Source of the DNA: Squalus acanthias
Taxonomy: Eukaryota
DNA: 64,000 nt
Assembly: GCA_030390025.1 (NCBI GenBank)
Contig: CM059431.1
Location: forward strand, 149,546,001 to 149,610,000
Direction of reading: 5' to 3'
In this document: positions 1-12,805 of the stretch, in pieces
How the letters are laid out: each line of letters begins with the position of its first letter
How positions within the stretch are numbered: position 1 is the first letter of the stretch
Position numbers and translations under genes: made by a program
Notes under the pieces: generated by a model
What the model was told of the DNA's origin: nothing
What the model saw: the letters and a program-made list of their open reading frames with translations, nothing else
The model's database searches: none

Positions 1-2720
1 CGCCCTTCGTCCTCTTTGTGGAGCTCAGTAATTCATCAAATGAGAATACAGACATACCTCAGGCCGGGAATGGATCCTGGGGCCTTCCTTCTCTCTGGAT
101 TGGGTTCACTACCTCACCAAATGAGAATAACTGACACAGCACTGGCCGAAAATGGAGCCTGGGCCTATCACGCGCTCTCTGGGACTCAGTACCACACCGG
201 GTGCGATCAGCGGCACACCAAAGGCCAGAGAAAGATCCTGGGCCCATCTTGCTCCGTGTGGGGCACAGTACCACACAGGGTGAGTTCACGAACCACACCA
301 CAGGCCTGGGAATGATCCTGGGCCTATCGTGCGCAGTTTGGGGCTCAGTAGCACACTGGGTGGGATCAGCTAACCCAGCACAGGCCGGGGAATGATCCTG
401 GGCAGATCCTGCTCAGTCTGGGGCCCAGTACCACAGTGGGGGTATCAGCTGAAAAGCTAAAGGCTGCGGAATGATCCTGGGCCCATCTGTCTCTGTGTGG
501 GTCTCAATAGCACACCGGGTAAGTTCAGGAGACACACCACAGGCCTGGAAATGATCCTGGGCACATCCTGCTCTGTGTGGGACTCAGTACCACACCAGGT
601 GCGATCAGCAACACACCAAAGCCAAGGGAATGATCCTGGGCCCATCCTGCTCAGTGTCGGGCTCAGTACCACACCCGGTGAGAGCAGCTAACACACCACA
701 GGAGAGGGAATGATCATGGGCCCATCCTGCTCTGAGTGGGTCTCAGTCCCACACAGGTTGTGATCAGCTAACGCACCACAGGATGCGGAATGATCCTGGG
801 CCTATCCTGCTCTGTGTGGGTCTCAGTCCCACACAGGTTGTGATCAGGTAACACACCACAGGCCGGGGAATGATCCTGGGCCTATCCTGATCTGTGTAAG
901 GCTCAGTACCACACCGGGTGTGATCAAATATAACACCATTGGCCGGGCAATGCTCCTGGACCTACCCTGCTATATTTTTGTCTCAGTACCACACTGAGTG
1001 AGAGCAGCTCACTCAGCACAGGCCGTGGATGGAGCCTGGGATCTTCCTGCTCGGTGTGTGACTCGGTACCACACGCTGGGACATGAGTTAAAACAGGACA
1101 GGCCGGGATGGATCCTACCTCTTTCCCCTGTTCTGCAGGGCTGAGCACTGCACCGATTCGAATCTGTTAACAGAGCCTGGGTCATTCCTGCTCTGTTTGT
1201 GTTGCTCAGTACCTCAGCGGATGAGAACAAGAGAATACCACAGGACAGGAATTGAATCCGGGACCTTCGTTCTCTTTGTGTGGGTCTCAGTTCCTCAACA
1301 AATGAGATCAACAGAATACCATAGGCCAGAAATGTAACTTGGGCCCTTCGTCTTCTGAGTGTGGGGCTCAGTTCCTCAACAAATGAGAATAACTGGCACA
1401 GTACAGGCCGGGATTGTAAGCTGGACCCATCCTGCTCTGTGTGTGGTGCTCAGTATCACACCGTGTCAGATCAGCTAACATACCACAGGACAGGGAATGA
1501 TCATGTGCCCTTCCTGCACTGTGTGGAGCTCAGTACCTCACCAAATGAGAATAACAGACATAACACAGGCCGGGAATGGAGCCTGGGGCCTCCCTTCTCT
1601 CTGGGTGGAGTTCAGTTCCTCACCCAATGAGAAGAACTGACACAGCACAGGCCGGGAAAGGAGACTTGTCCTATCCTGCACTATGAGGGGCTCAGTAACA
1701 CACCGGGTGACATCGGCTAACACCCCACCAGCACTGGAATGATCCCGGGCCCACCCTGCTCTGTGTGGGACTCAGTACAACACTGGGTGGGTCCAGCTAA
1801 CGCATAACAGGTCCGTGGAATGATCCTGGGCCCATCCTGCTCTGTGTGTGTGGCTCAGTACCTCAGCAAATGAGAACAACAGAATACCACATGCCAGGAA
1901 TGGAACCTGGGCACTTCGTCCTCTGTGCATGGGGTTCAGTTGCTCAACAAATGAGAATAACTGGCACAGCAGAGGCCGGAAATGTAACCTGGGCAATCCA
2001 GCTCAGTGTGGTGCTCAGTACCACACCGGATGAGATCAGCTTACACATCAAAGGCTTGGAAATCATTCTCGGCCCATCCTGCTCTGTGTGGGGTTCCGTA
2101 CCAATCTGGTTTATATCAGCTAACACACCACAGGTCGTAGAATGATCCTGGGACAATCCTGCTCTGTGTGGTGCTCAGTACCACACTGGGTGAGATCAGC
2201 TGACACACCACAGGGTCGTGGAATGATCCTGGCCTATCCTGCACTGTGTGCGGGGCGAAGTACCACACTGGGTGAGATCAGCTGACACACCACAGGTCGT
2301 GGAATGATCCTGGGCCTATCCTGCACTGTGTGTGGGGCTCAGTACCACACTGAATGAGAACAACAGAAATAGCACAGGCCGGGAATGGAGACTGGGTCCT
2401 TCCTGCACTGTGTGTGGGTTCAGTTCCTCATCAAATGAGAAAAACTTACATTCCGCAGGCCTGGAATGGAGCCTTGACCCATCCTGCTCTGTGTGTGGTG
2501 CTCAGTATCACCCCAGATGAGATCAGCTAACATACCACAGGAGAGGGAATGAAGCTGGGAACTTGCTGCTCTGTGTGCGGGGCACAGACCATCTCCAATT
2601 GAGAACAATAGACATATCACAGGCCGGGAATGGAGCCTGGGCCCTTCTTTCTCACTGGGTGGGGCTCAGTACCTCACCGAATGAGAACAACTGGAATACC
2701 ACAGGCCGGGTATGGAGCCA
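1..2720. repeat. Diverged ~80-bp tandem satellite, block 1
   Basis: The motif CC(C/T)ATCCTG recurs at 721, 801 and 881, with a variant at 961. Approximate unit: CACAGGCCGGGAATGATCCTGGGCCCATCCTGCTCTGTGTGGGGCTCAGTACCACACCGGGTGTGATCAGCTAACAC. A second variant carries CCTCACCGAATGAGAATAACTGAC. Confidence 0.95.
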
Positions 2721-3539
2721 TTACTGCAGGGAATCGAATCTTCTTTACTGAGCCTGCCTCCCGCAGTTAAACAGGTCAGTTTACCTGTCATAGTCTGATC
2801 TACATTTGTTAGGGTTGTCAGTCAGGAGTTTGATGATTGAAGTGACATTGATTGAATTGTTGGATTGCTTTGAGTGTTCATCCTCAATATCTCCATTTAA
2901 ATATATTAGCCATGAGTGGGAATAGTGTCTCACGCTGCTGTGCCCACCTGACTGGCACTAATAGGATCATGTAATTTGAGCGTCTCCGTGCAGATTTCCT
3001 TTGTTTGCAAATCAGGCATCCAGTCAAGCGAACAGCAGCTACTCCAAGAACAACAGAAATCACCACTTCTCGCAGAAAGTGCGGGCATATTTAATCGTTA
3101 TTAGGACAGAAGTTGATTTCTACCTTACGCCGTCAAACTGTGTGGTCAGTGAGTGTTTCTGGACAGTCCCTAACTGTGTAAATATGTAATCCACGGTATG
3201 CCTGCTTTTCTCCCGTCTGTTTGAGGATTCAGCCCTATTGTTCTGAAATGTTACTTACACAGGTGGCTGATTAGTGATGTCAGTGCCGAGAATGCCGGGC
3301 TTTTAACTTTTACTGTTTATTCCATGTGATTGCTTTACTTAGCCTAGAATATTCTTTGAATCTGTGGCATCAGTAATGTAATCGGGTTAAAGTTTTCATC
3401 AACAATTAATGATCCCTGAATCAGGCCTAGCCTTGGCATCGCTTTCGGTCAATGGCTACCTTTAAGGTTTCTGGGTGAGTTAATTTATTATGAAGCAGTT
3501 TCTGGGTGGTGGGTCAGTTTACATGCGTTGTGTTAGGTC

Positions 3540-6500
3540 CACACAGCAGCTGAGATGCGATAACTCAGCATAGAGACGAGAGGATGCATGGAACTGTCCT
3601 GTTCTTTGTGGCTCAGTAACTCACCAGGCCATGGAATGATCCTGAGACCATCCATGCTCTGTGTGGGACTCAGTACCACACTGGTTGATATGTGCAAACA
3701 CACGACAGCCCTGGGAATGATCCTAGGCCCATATTGCTTCGTGTGGAACTCAGTCACACTGGTTGAGATTTATTTTTCTTTATTCGTTCATGGGATGTGG
3801 GCGTCACTGGCAAGGCCAGCATTTATTGCCCATCCCAAATTGCCATTTCAGCGGGCAGTTAAGAGTGAACTCATTGCTGTGGGTCTGGAGTCACATATAG
3901 GCCAGACCAGGTAAGGTTGGCAGATTTCCTTCCCTGAAGGACATTAGTGAACCAGATGTTTTGTTATTAAAATCTGTTAGTTTTTTGGTCACCTTTATTG
4001 ATATTAAATTTTTATTCCAGATTTACTTAATTCACTGAATTTAAATTCCACAGCTGCCATGGTGGAATTTGAACTCACGTTTCTCGATCATTAGTCTAGG
4101 CCTGCTGAATTACTACTCCAGTAACATGACCACTATGCCACCGTTCCCGATATCTGCTAACACATCACAGGCCTGGGAATGATCCTGGGCCCATCCTGCT
4201 CTGTGTGGGGCTCAGTACCACACCAGGTTAGATCAGCTAACACACCACAGGTCGTGGAATAATCCTGGGCTCATCCTGCACTGTGTACGGGGCTCAGTAG
4301 CACACCGGGTGAAATCTGCTTACACACCAATTCGGTGGATTGATCCTGAGCCCATCCTGCACTGTGTGTGGGGCTGATTCAGTGAGATCAGCTCACTCAG
4401 CACAGGCCGGTATGGATCCTGCCTCTTTGCTGTTCTGTGTGGCTGGGCACTACACCCGTTCTGATCTGTTAAAAGAGTCTGGACAATTCCTGTTCTAAGT
4501 GTGGGGATCAGTACCTCACCGAATGAGAACAACTGAATTACCACATGCCGGGAATGGAGCCACGCCCTTTCCTGCTCTGTGTTCGGTGCTCAGTATCATA
4601 CGGGGTGAGATCAGGGAAAACACCAACCTGACTGGGAATGATCCTGGGCCCTTCCTGCTCTGTGTGTGGGCCTCAGTACATCTCCGAATGAGAAAAAACG
4701 ATAAACCACAGGCCAGGAATGCAGCCAGGGAACTTCCTGTTCTGTGTGTGGTGCTCAGTATCACACCGGGTGAGATGAGGGAAAAAAACAATAGGACAGG
4801 GAATGATCCTGGGCCCTTCCTGCTCAGTGTGTGGGCCTCAGTACCTCTCCGAATGAGAACAACCGATAAACCAGAGGCCAGGAATGGAGCCTGGGCCCTT
4901 TCTGCTCTGTGTGTGGTGCTCAGTATCACACTGGGTGAAATCAGGGAAAACACCAAAGGACAGGGAAAGATCGTGGGACCTTGCTGCACGGTGTGGATTT
5001 CAGTACCTCACCGAATGAGAATAACAGACATACCAAAGGCCAGGAATGGAGCCTGGGCTCATCCTGCTCTGTGTCTGGGGCTCCGTAACTCATCGAATGT
5101 GAATAACAGACACACAATAGGCTGGGAATGGAGCCTTGGTCCTTCCTGCTCTGTTTGTGGTGCTCCGTATCACACCGGTTGAGATCAGGGAAAACACCTC
5201 AGTACAGAGAATGGAGCACAGGCCGTTCCTGCTCTGTTTGTAGGGCTGAGTACCTCACCGAATGGGAATCACTGACATACCAAAGGCCAGGAATGGAGCC
5301 AAGGCCCTTCCTTCTCTATGTGTAGAGCTCAGTACCTCACAGAATGGGAATCACTGACATACCACAGGCCGGAAATGAAGCCTAGGCCGTTCTTCTCTAT
5401 CTGTAGAGCGCAGTACATCAACGAATGAGAATGAATGACACACCACATGCCGGGAATGGAACCTGGGCCCTTCCTGCTCTGTGTGTGGGGCTCAGTACCT
5501 CACTGAATGAGAATAACAGATATACCACATGCCGGAAATGGAGCCTGGGTCCATCCTGCTCTGTATGTAGGGCTCAGTACCTCACCGAACGAGAATAAAT
5601 GACATACCATAGGCCGGTAATTAAGCCGAGGCCCTTCCTGCTTTGTGCGGGGCTCAGTACCTTACCGACTTCGAACGACTGACATACAATAGGCCAAAAA
5701 TTGATTCTGAGCCCATCCTGCTCTGTGTGGGACTCAGTACCACACTGGTGAGATCAGCTAACACACCACAGGCTGCGGATTGTTCATGGGCCCATCCAGC
5801 TCTGGCAAGGGCTCAGTACCACACTGGGTGACATCTGCTAACGCACCACAGGCCTGGGAATGTTGCTAGGTCCATCAGCTCTCTGTGGGACTCATTACCA
5901 CCCCGGTTCAGTCAGCTAACACAGGAAAGGCCCGAATGGACCCTGCTTCTTACCTGCTCTGTGGGGCTGAGCACTGCACCAGTTCAGAACTATTAACATA
6001 GCCTGGGCCATTCCTGCTCTGTATGTGGAGATCAGTACATCACCGAATGAAAACAACTGACATACTAAAAGCCTGGAATGGAGTCTGCGCCCATCCTGCT
6101 CTGTGGGTGTTGCTCAGTATCACAACGAGTGGGTTCAGGGGACAAAACCAGACGCCAGGAAGGATCCTGGGCCCTTGCTGCACTGTGTGGAGCTCAGTAC
6201 CTCACCGAATGAGAATAAATGAGATACCAAAGGCCGGTAATGGAGCCAGGGCCCTTCCCGCTCTGTGCGGGGATCAGTACCTCACCAAAAGTGATCAACT
6301 GATATAACATAGGCCGGGAATGGAGCCTGGGGCCTTCCTGCTCGGTGTGGGGGTCAGTACCTCACCGAAAGTGACCAACTGACATACCATAGGCTGGAAG
6401 TGGAGCCTGGGGCCTTCCTGCACTGCGTGGGGGTCAGTACCTCAACGACTGTGAACAACTGACATACAACAGGCCAGGAATGATCCTGGGCCCTTCCTGC

Positions 6501-8100
6501 TCTGTGTGGGCCTCAGCCATCTCTAAATGAGAACAACTAACATACAATACACCGGGAATAGAGCCTCTGCCCTTCCTGCTTTCTGTATGGTGCTCAGTAT
6601 CACACCAGTTGAGATCAGGGAAAGCACCACAGCACAGGGCATGGAGCCTAGGACCATCCATCTCTACTCGTTGGTTCAGTAACTCAGCGAATGAGAACAG
6701 CGGACTTACTACAGGCCAGGAATGGAGCCTGGGCCCATCCTACTCCGTGTGTGGAGCTCAGTAGCTCATCGAGTGAGAATAACAGATATACCTCAGGCCA
6801 GGAAAGGGGCCTGTGCCCTTCCTGCTCTGCGTGTGGTGCTCAGTATCACATCTGGCGAGATCAGGGAAAACACCACAGGACAGAGAATGGAGCCTAGTCC
6901 CTTCCTGCTCAGTACCTCACCGAATGAGTATAAATGACATAGCACATGCCAGAAATGTAGCTTGTGCCCTTCCTTCTCTGTGTGGGGCTCAGTACCTCAC
7001 CGAATGAGAATAACTGACATACCACATGCCAGAAATGGAAGCCTGGGCCATCCAGCTCTTTGTGGGGCTCAGTGCAACGCTGTTGATATCTGGAAATGCA
7101 TCACAAGCCTGGGAATGCTCCAAGGCCAACCCTATTCTTTGTGGGGCTCAGTACCACACCGGCTGGTTTCAGCTAACGCACCTCAGGCCGTGGAATGATC
7201 CTGGGCCCATCCTGCACTCTGTGTTTGAATCAGTTCCAAAACGGGTGTTATCAGTAAACTCACCAAAGATATGGTAATGATCCTGGGCCAATCCTGCACT
7301 GTGTCTGGGGCTCCATACCACACCGGGCGGGAGCAGCTCACTCAGCACAGGCCGGGGATGAACCTGCGATCTTCCTTCCCTGTGTGTGACTCCGTACCAC
7401 ACGGGGGAGCTCAGCTAACACAGGACAGGCAGGGTTAGATCCTGTGTCTTTCCTGCCCTATTGGGTTGAGTATTGCACCGGTTCAGATCTGTTAACATTA
7501 ACTGGGCCTTTTCCTGCTCTGTGTGTGGGGCTCAGTTCCCCACCAAAGGGTAACAACTAACATTCCACAGGCCTGGGATGGAGCCAGGCCCATTCCTCTT
7601 CTGTTTGTGGCGCTCAGTACCTCACCAAATGAGAACAACAGAATTACCGCAGGACACGCATGGCACCCGGACACTTCGTCCTCTGTGTTTGGGGCTCAAT
7701 TAATCGGCAAATGAAAATAACTGACACATCGCAGGCCTTAAATGGAGCCTGGGGCAATCCTGCTCTATGTGGGGCTCAGTACAACACCGGGTGAGTTCGG
7801 TAAACACACCACAAGCCTGGGAATGATTCTGGGCCTATCCTGCTCAGTGTGGTGCTCAGTAGCACACTGAGTCGGATCAGCTAACCCACCACAGACTTGG
7901 GAATAATCTTGGGCATATCCTGCTCAATGTGTGGCTCAGTTCCACAATGGGGGATATTAGATAACACGCCTCAGTCTGCGGAATGATTCAGGGCCCATTC
8001 TGCTCATTCCCACACCGGGTGAGATCAGCTAACACACCACTGGTCTGGAAATGATCCTGGGCGCATCCCGCTCTGTGTGGTGCTCAGTACCACACTGGGT
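3540..8100. repeat. Same ~80-bp satellite, block 2 (interrupted by a SINE at ~3770-4150)
   Basis: The same two monomer variants continue to ~8100. Confidence 0.93.
3770..4148 (-). mobile_element. tRNA-derived SINE with a LINE-derived 3' tail
   Basis: The minus strand begins GGGAACGGTGGCATAGTGG (A box) and contains GAGTTCAAATTCC (B box). It ends GGGATGGGCAATAAATGCTGGCC...CCCATGAACGAATAAAG, matching the LINE tail at 17490-17557. Confidence 0.85.
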
Positions 8101-8170
8101 TAGTTCGTGATTTCTTAATCACTATACGGTTACTGGGCCACTTTGCATCTGCTGTGTTGGTTGATTCTCA

Positions 8171-8765
8171 CTTGGTCAATATATCGGTGCATGATCAGTT
8201 TACACGTGTTCGGTTAGGAGCTGGTTAATTGGTCAGTATCTTGGTGCGTTGTCAGTTTGCCGGCGCCCGGTTAGGTGATCGAGAAATGGTCAGTTTCTGG
8301 GAACTGTGTCAATTTACATGTGCTGGGGTAGGTGTTGCTCATCGGTCAGTTTCTGTGTGCTGGGTCAGTTTACGTGTATTAGCGTTGATGATTGCTACCT
8401 GGTCAGTTTTTGGGAACTCTGCCATTTACATGGGCAGGCTTAAGTGACGTAAATTTGGTCAGTTATTGGGAACTGGGTCAAATTACATGTGCTGGGTTAG
8501 TTGTTGTTCATTGGTCAATTTATCGGTGCGGGTTCAGCTTACACGTGTTCGGTTAGGACATGGTCAATTGGTCAGTTTCTGGGTGAAGGGTCAGTTTACC
8601 TGTGTTTGTTTAGGTGATGGTCAATTGGTCATATTCTGGGTGTTGGAACAGTTTGCATCTTTTCAGAAAGGTAATGGTAAACTGGTCAGTTTCCGGGAAC
8701 TGAGTTATTTGCATAGGCTGACTTAAGTGCTGGAGATTTGGTCAGTTTTTGGATGATGGTTCATT
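8171..8765. repeat. 57-bp tandem minisatellite
   Basis: TGGTCA(A/G)T recurs at ~8172, 8229, 8286 and onward. Approximate unit: TTGGTCAGTTTCTGGGTG..GGGTCAGTTTACATGTGTT.GGTTAGGTGATGGTCAA. Confidence 0.85.
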
Positions 8766-8794
8766 TCCCCGTTACCAGTCGTTCTTCCTATTTC

Positions 8795-9458
8795 CTTGGT
8801 CTGTCGCCTCTCCGTCTGTCTCCCCCGTCTGTCTCTCTCTGTCAAGCACCGCCTGTCTCCCGCCGCCGCCTGTCTCCATCCGTCTCTTGTGCCCCCAGTC
8901 TGTCTCCCCCGGTCTGTCTCCGTCTCTCTCTGTAACCCCAGTCTCTCTCCTCCCCGTTTAACTTCCCGATCACTCTCTCTGTTACCAACGCACTTTCCAT
9001 CACCTCCTCAACCCCGTCTGCCTCAATTCGTTTCTGTTCTCCAAACGTTTCACTGCCATCTGTCCCCCAACTTCTATATCGCTCTCGGTCTCCCCGGTCT
9101 GTCTTTCTCTTTGTCTTCCCCGCCTGCTCCCCGTGTCTGTCTCCCTCTCTCAATCACCCACATTTGTGCCTCTTTGTCTGTCTACTGCCGCGTCTCTCTC
9201 TCTCTCTGTCTCCCCCTTCTGTCTCGCCCTGTTTCTCTCATTCTCTCTTTCCCCTCTGTCTATCACTTACGCTTATCTGATTTCATGATCCGTTTCACTC
9301 CGTTTGTCTCTCTCTGTCTCATCCCGTCTGTCCTTCTCTCTCCCGAAATCTCCCCATGTCTGACTCCCCTGACTGTCTCCCCCTGTCTGTCTCTCTCTTT
9401 CTGTGCCCCTGTCTGTCACCCGCGTCTTTTTCTCCCTATCTCCCCGTCTGTCTCTCTA

Positions 9459-9496
<38 letters not shown>

Positions 9497-12309
9497 TTCG
9501 CCCCGTCTGTCTCCCTTCCGACTGTCTCTTCTATCGGTCTCCATCTCTCTCTGTCGTACACCATCTGTCTCCTCCAGAGTTTGTCCATTCATCTCTCCCC
9601 CCTCAACACGGTCTGTCTCACCCTCATCTGCTACTCTCTCACTGGCTCCCATCGCATCACTCTCTCTCTCTCCACCCGTGTCCCTCTCTCCCTAGGTGTC
9701 CCCCCATCCATCTCCTAGACCACTCTCTCCCCGTCTCCATCTCCCTCTGTCTTCTTGCCTGTCTCTCCTTGTGTCCCCTTCTGTGTCCCCATCGTTATCT
9801 CTCTCTGCCTCCCCATCTCTCTCTCATTTCTCTCCCTCTCTCTCATTCTGTTTCCCCCATCTGTTTCCCCGTCTGGCTCCCTCTCTGCCTTCCTGTCTGT
9901 CTCACCCTGTCTGTCTCCTTCATCTGTTTAAATGATTATGTCTCCCCTTTTCTCTCCCCTTTCTGTCATTTTCCATGTCTGGCATATTTAAATCCCCAGC
10001 GTCTGTCGCCACAACCAGATCTGTCTCTCTCTCTCTCGCTCGCTCTCTCTCTCTCTATCTCCACCCATCTGGCTACTCCTTCCTGACTACACACGTCTAT
10101 TTGCTCCTGTCTGTCTCCTCCTGCCTGACTTCCCCCGTTTGTTTCTTTCTGTCTCCACCGTGTGTTTTCCCCGTCTGCCTCACTTCTAAATCACCTCCCC
10201 CCCTACTTCCCCGATCTCACTCTCACTCTGTCTCCCCCAACTGTCTCACCCATCTGTCTCCCTCGTCTGTCTATCTCTCTCTACCTTTTTCCACAACGTC
10301 TGTCTCCCATTACTGTATCCCTACATCTCTCTCTCTCTCTTCTCCCAATCTGTGTTTCTCCCTCCCTGACTGCACCTCATCAGTCTCCCCCGTCTGTCTT
10401 CGCCACATTTGTTTCCCCCATCTGTCTCTCTCTTTTCTGCTCTGGTCTGTCTCTAACTCTGTGTCGCTCCCATCTGTCTCCAAATCTGCCACGCCCCATC
10501 TTTCTGCCCCACATCTGTCCCTATCTCTGTCTCTCCCCAACTGTCTCTATCGCTTTCGCACTCGTCTGTTTCCCTGCCAGCTGTCTCTTCTCGTTTTTCC
10601 CTGTCTCCTTCACCTTGTCTTCCCCGTCTGTCACCCTCTCTTATTACCCGCTGTCTGCCTTCCGTCCACTTATCTCTGTCTCTCGCTCTCTCTCTGTGTC
10701 TTTCTCTCTCTCTCTCTCTCTGTCTATCCTTCTCTACCAGGGCTGTCTCCCCCATCTGTCTCTCTGTCCATCTACCTGTCTGTCTCCCGCGTATCCCTCT
10801 CTCTCTCTCTGCCTCCCCATCTGTTTCTCTCTCTCTCTCTCTCTGTCTCTCCGCTCTATCTCTCTCTCTTTCTTTCTCCCGGTCTGCCTCCCCCACCCGT
10901 CTGAACCCATCTCTCTCGCTCTGTTGCCCACCATCTGTCTCTGTGTCTCTCTCTCTATGTCGCATCGCCTTCTGTCTTCCCCCTTTCTTTCCCTCCTGAC
11001 TGTCTCTCTCACTGAATTTCCCCAGTCTGTCCTCTCTCTTTCCCCAATCTCCGTTCCTTGTCTATCTCCATTCCAACTGTCTCTCTTCATCTTTTCCCCG
11101 TCTGTCTTTCCCTCTGTCTCCTAGTTTCTGTCTGCCATGTCAGTCTAACCCATCTGTCTCCTGCATCTATCTCTATCTCTCTCTGCATCAATGCTCGTCT
11201 GTCTCTCTGTTTCTGTCTCTATGTCTATATCCTCAGTCTGTCGCTCCCTGTATATCTCTCCCTGTCACCCATCTATTTCTCTCTCTTTGTTGCCCCGTCT
11301 GTCTCCCCAGTCTGTCGCCCGAGTCTCTCTCTCTCTCTCGCGCTCTCTGTCTTCCCCATCTGCCTCCCCTGTCTTTCTCTCCCTGTCTCCATCTCTATCT
11401 CACCATCTGACACTTTCTGTCTCGCCTGCCTGTCTACCGCCGTCGGTCTCCGCTGTCTGTCTCTCCCATCTATCTTTGTCTCTCTCTTCTGTGATTCTCT
11501 CTGTCTCACCCCGTCGGTCTCACACCCGTCAGTCTGCTAATACTTCTCTCTCTCTATCAACCCCATCGACAGTCTTTCTCTCTCTGTCCACCTGTCAGGC
11601 TCACCCTCTGACCCCTGATCTGTCACCTCTCCATTAGTCTACACCATCTCTCCCTCTCTCTGTCTCCCTCACAATCAGTCTCTTTCTTTGTCACCCAATC
11701 TGCCTCCTGTCCGACTGCCACCCCCCAATCAGTGTCTTTCTCTGCCTCCGCCCGCCTGTCTCCCCATCTGTCTGTCTCTTTTTCTCCCCGTCTTTGTCCA
11801 CCCCTCTGCGCCCCCTCCATCTCTCTATCTCTCTTCCCCCCGTCTGTCTCTCTATCTGTCTCCCCATCTCACTCTCTCTGTCGGCCTCGCTTGTCTACTC
11901 CATCTGTCTCCCCCATCAGTCGCCCCGTTCTCTCTCTCTCTCTGTGCATCCCCAAATCTCTATCTATATCTGTCTCACCCGTCTGTCTCTCTCTGTCTCC
12001 CCATCTGTGATTCTCTCTGTTTCCCCTCGTCTGTCTCACAACCGTGTGTCTCCCACCCAGTCTCTCTCTCTCGATTACACTCACCGTCAGTTTCTCTCTT
12101 GCTGCCCTCCCATCAATTTATGTCTCTGTCGCCCGATCTGTATTCTCTACGGCTGTCTCCCAACCTCTCTCATCCTCTCAGCCCCATATCCGTCTCTCCT
12201 TTAGTCTCTCTCTCTCACTTTCCCCCAATCTGCTTCGTCTCCATCAGTCTCTCCTCATCTGTCTCTCAATCTATCTCCCAACGTCTGTCTCCCCCTCTCT
12301 CTCTCGCTC

Positions 12310-12344
<35 letters not shown>

Positions 12345-12625
12345 ATCTCTCTCTCTCTGTCTCGCTCTATCGCTCTCTCACTGACTCCCGTCGTCTGTCT
12401 CTTAACCCCGTTTATCTCAATTCATATCTCTCGCACCCGGTCTGATGCTCTCCCTGTCTCCAAACATATTTCTCCCTCTACAGGTATGTCTCTCTTTCTC
12501 TGGCACCCCTGTTTCTCACTTTCTGTGTGCTCGTCTGTCTCACTAAAATAAACTGTCTGCCTCCCAACGTGTGTCTCCATTCGTCTCTCCACCCCTACTC
12601 CCACCCCCTGGTCTATCTCACACTC

Positions 12626-12675
<50 letters not shown>

Positions 12676-12805
12676 GTCGCTATCTCCCACCGTATCTCTC
12701 TCTCTCGCTACACCCATGTCTCTCCCCAGTCTGTCTCTCTCTCGGTCCCTGCTCGTCCATCTCACTGGTGACCGTGTTCCCCGTCTGTAACTCTCTCTGT
12801 CTCCC
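8795..12805 (+). repeat. Pyrimidine-rich (CT/CTGT/CCCCATCTGTCT) low-complexity block
   Basis: About 4 kb that is mostly C/T on the + strand, with embedded (CT)n runs. Confidence 0.95.

Noticed and set aside
4499..5182. 227-aa ORF and other ORFs within the 80-bp satellite
   Set aside because: The peptides are periodic products of the tandem repeat, with no coding evidence.
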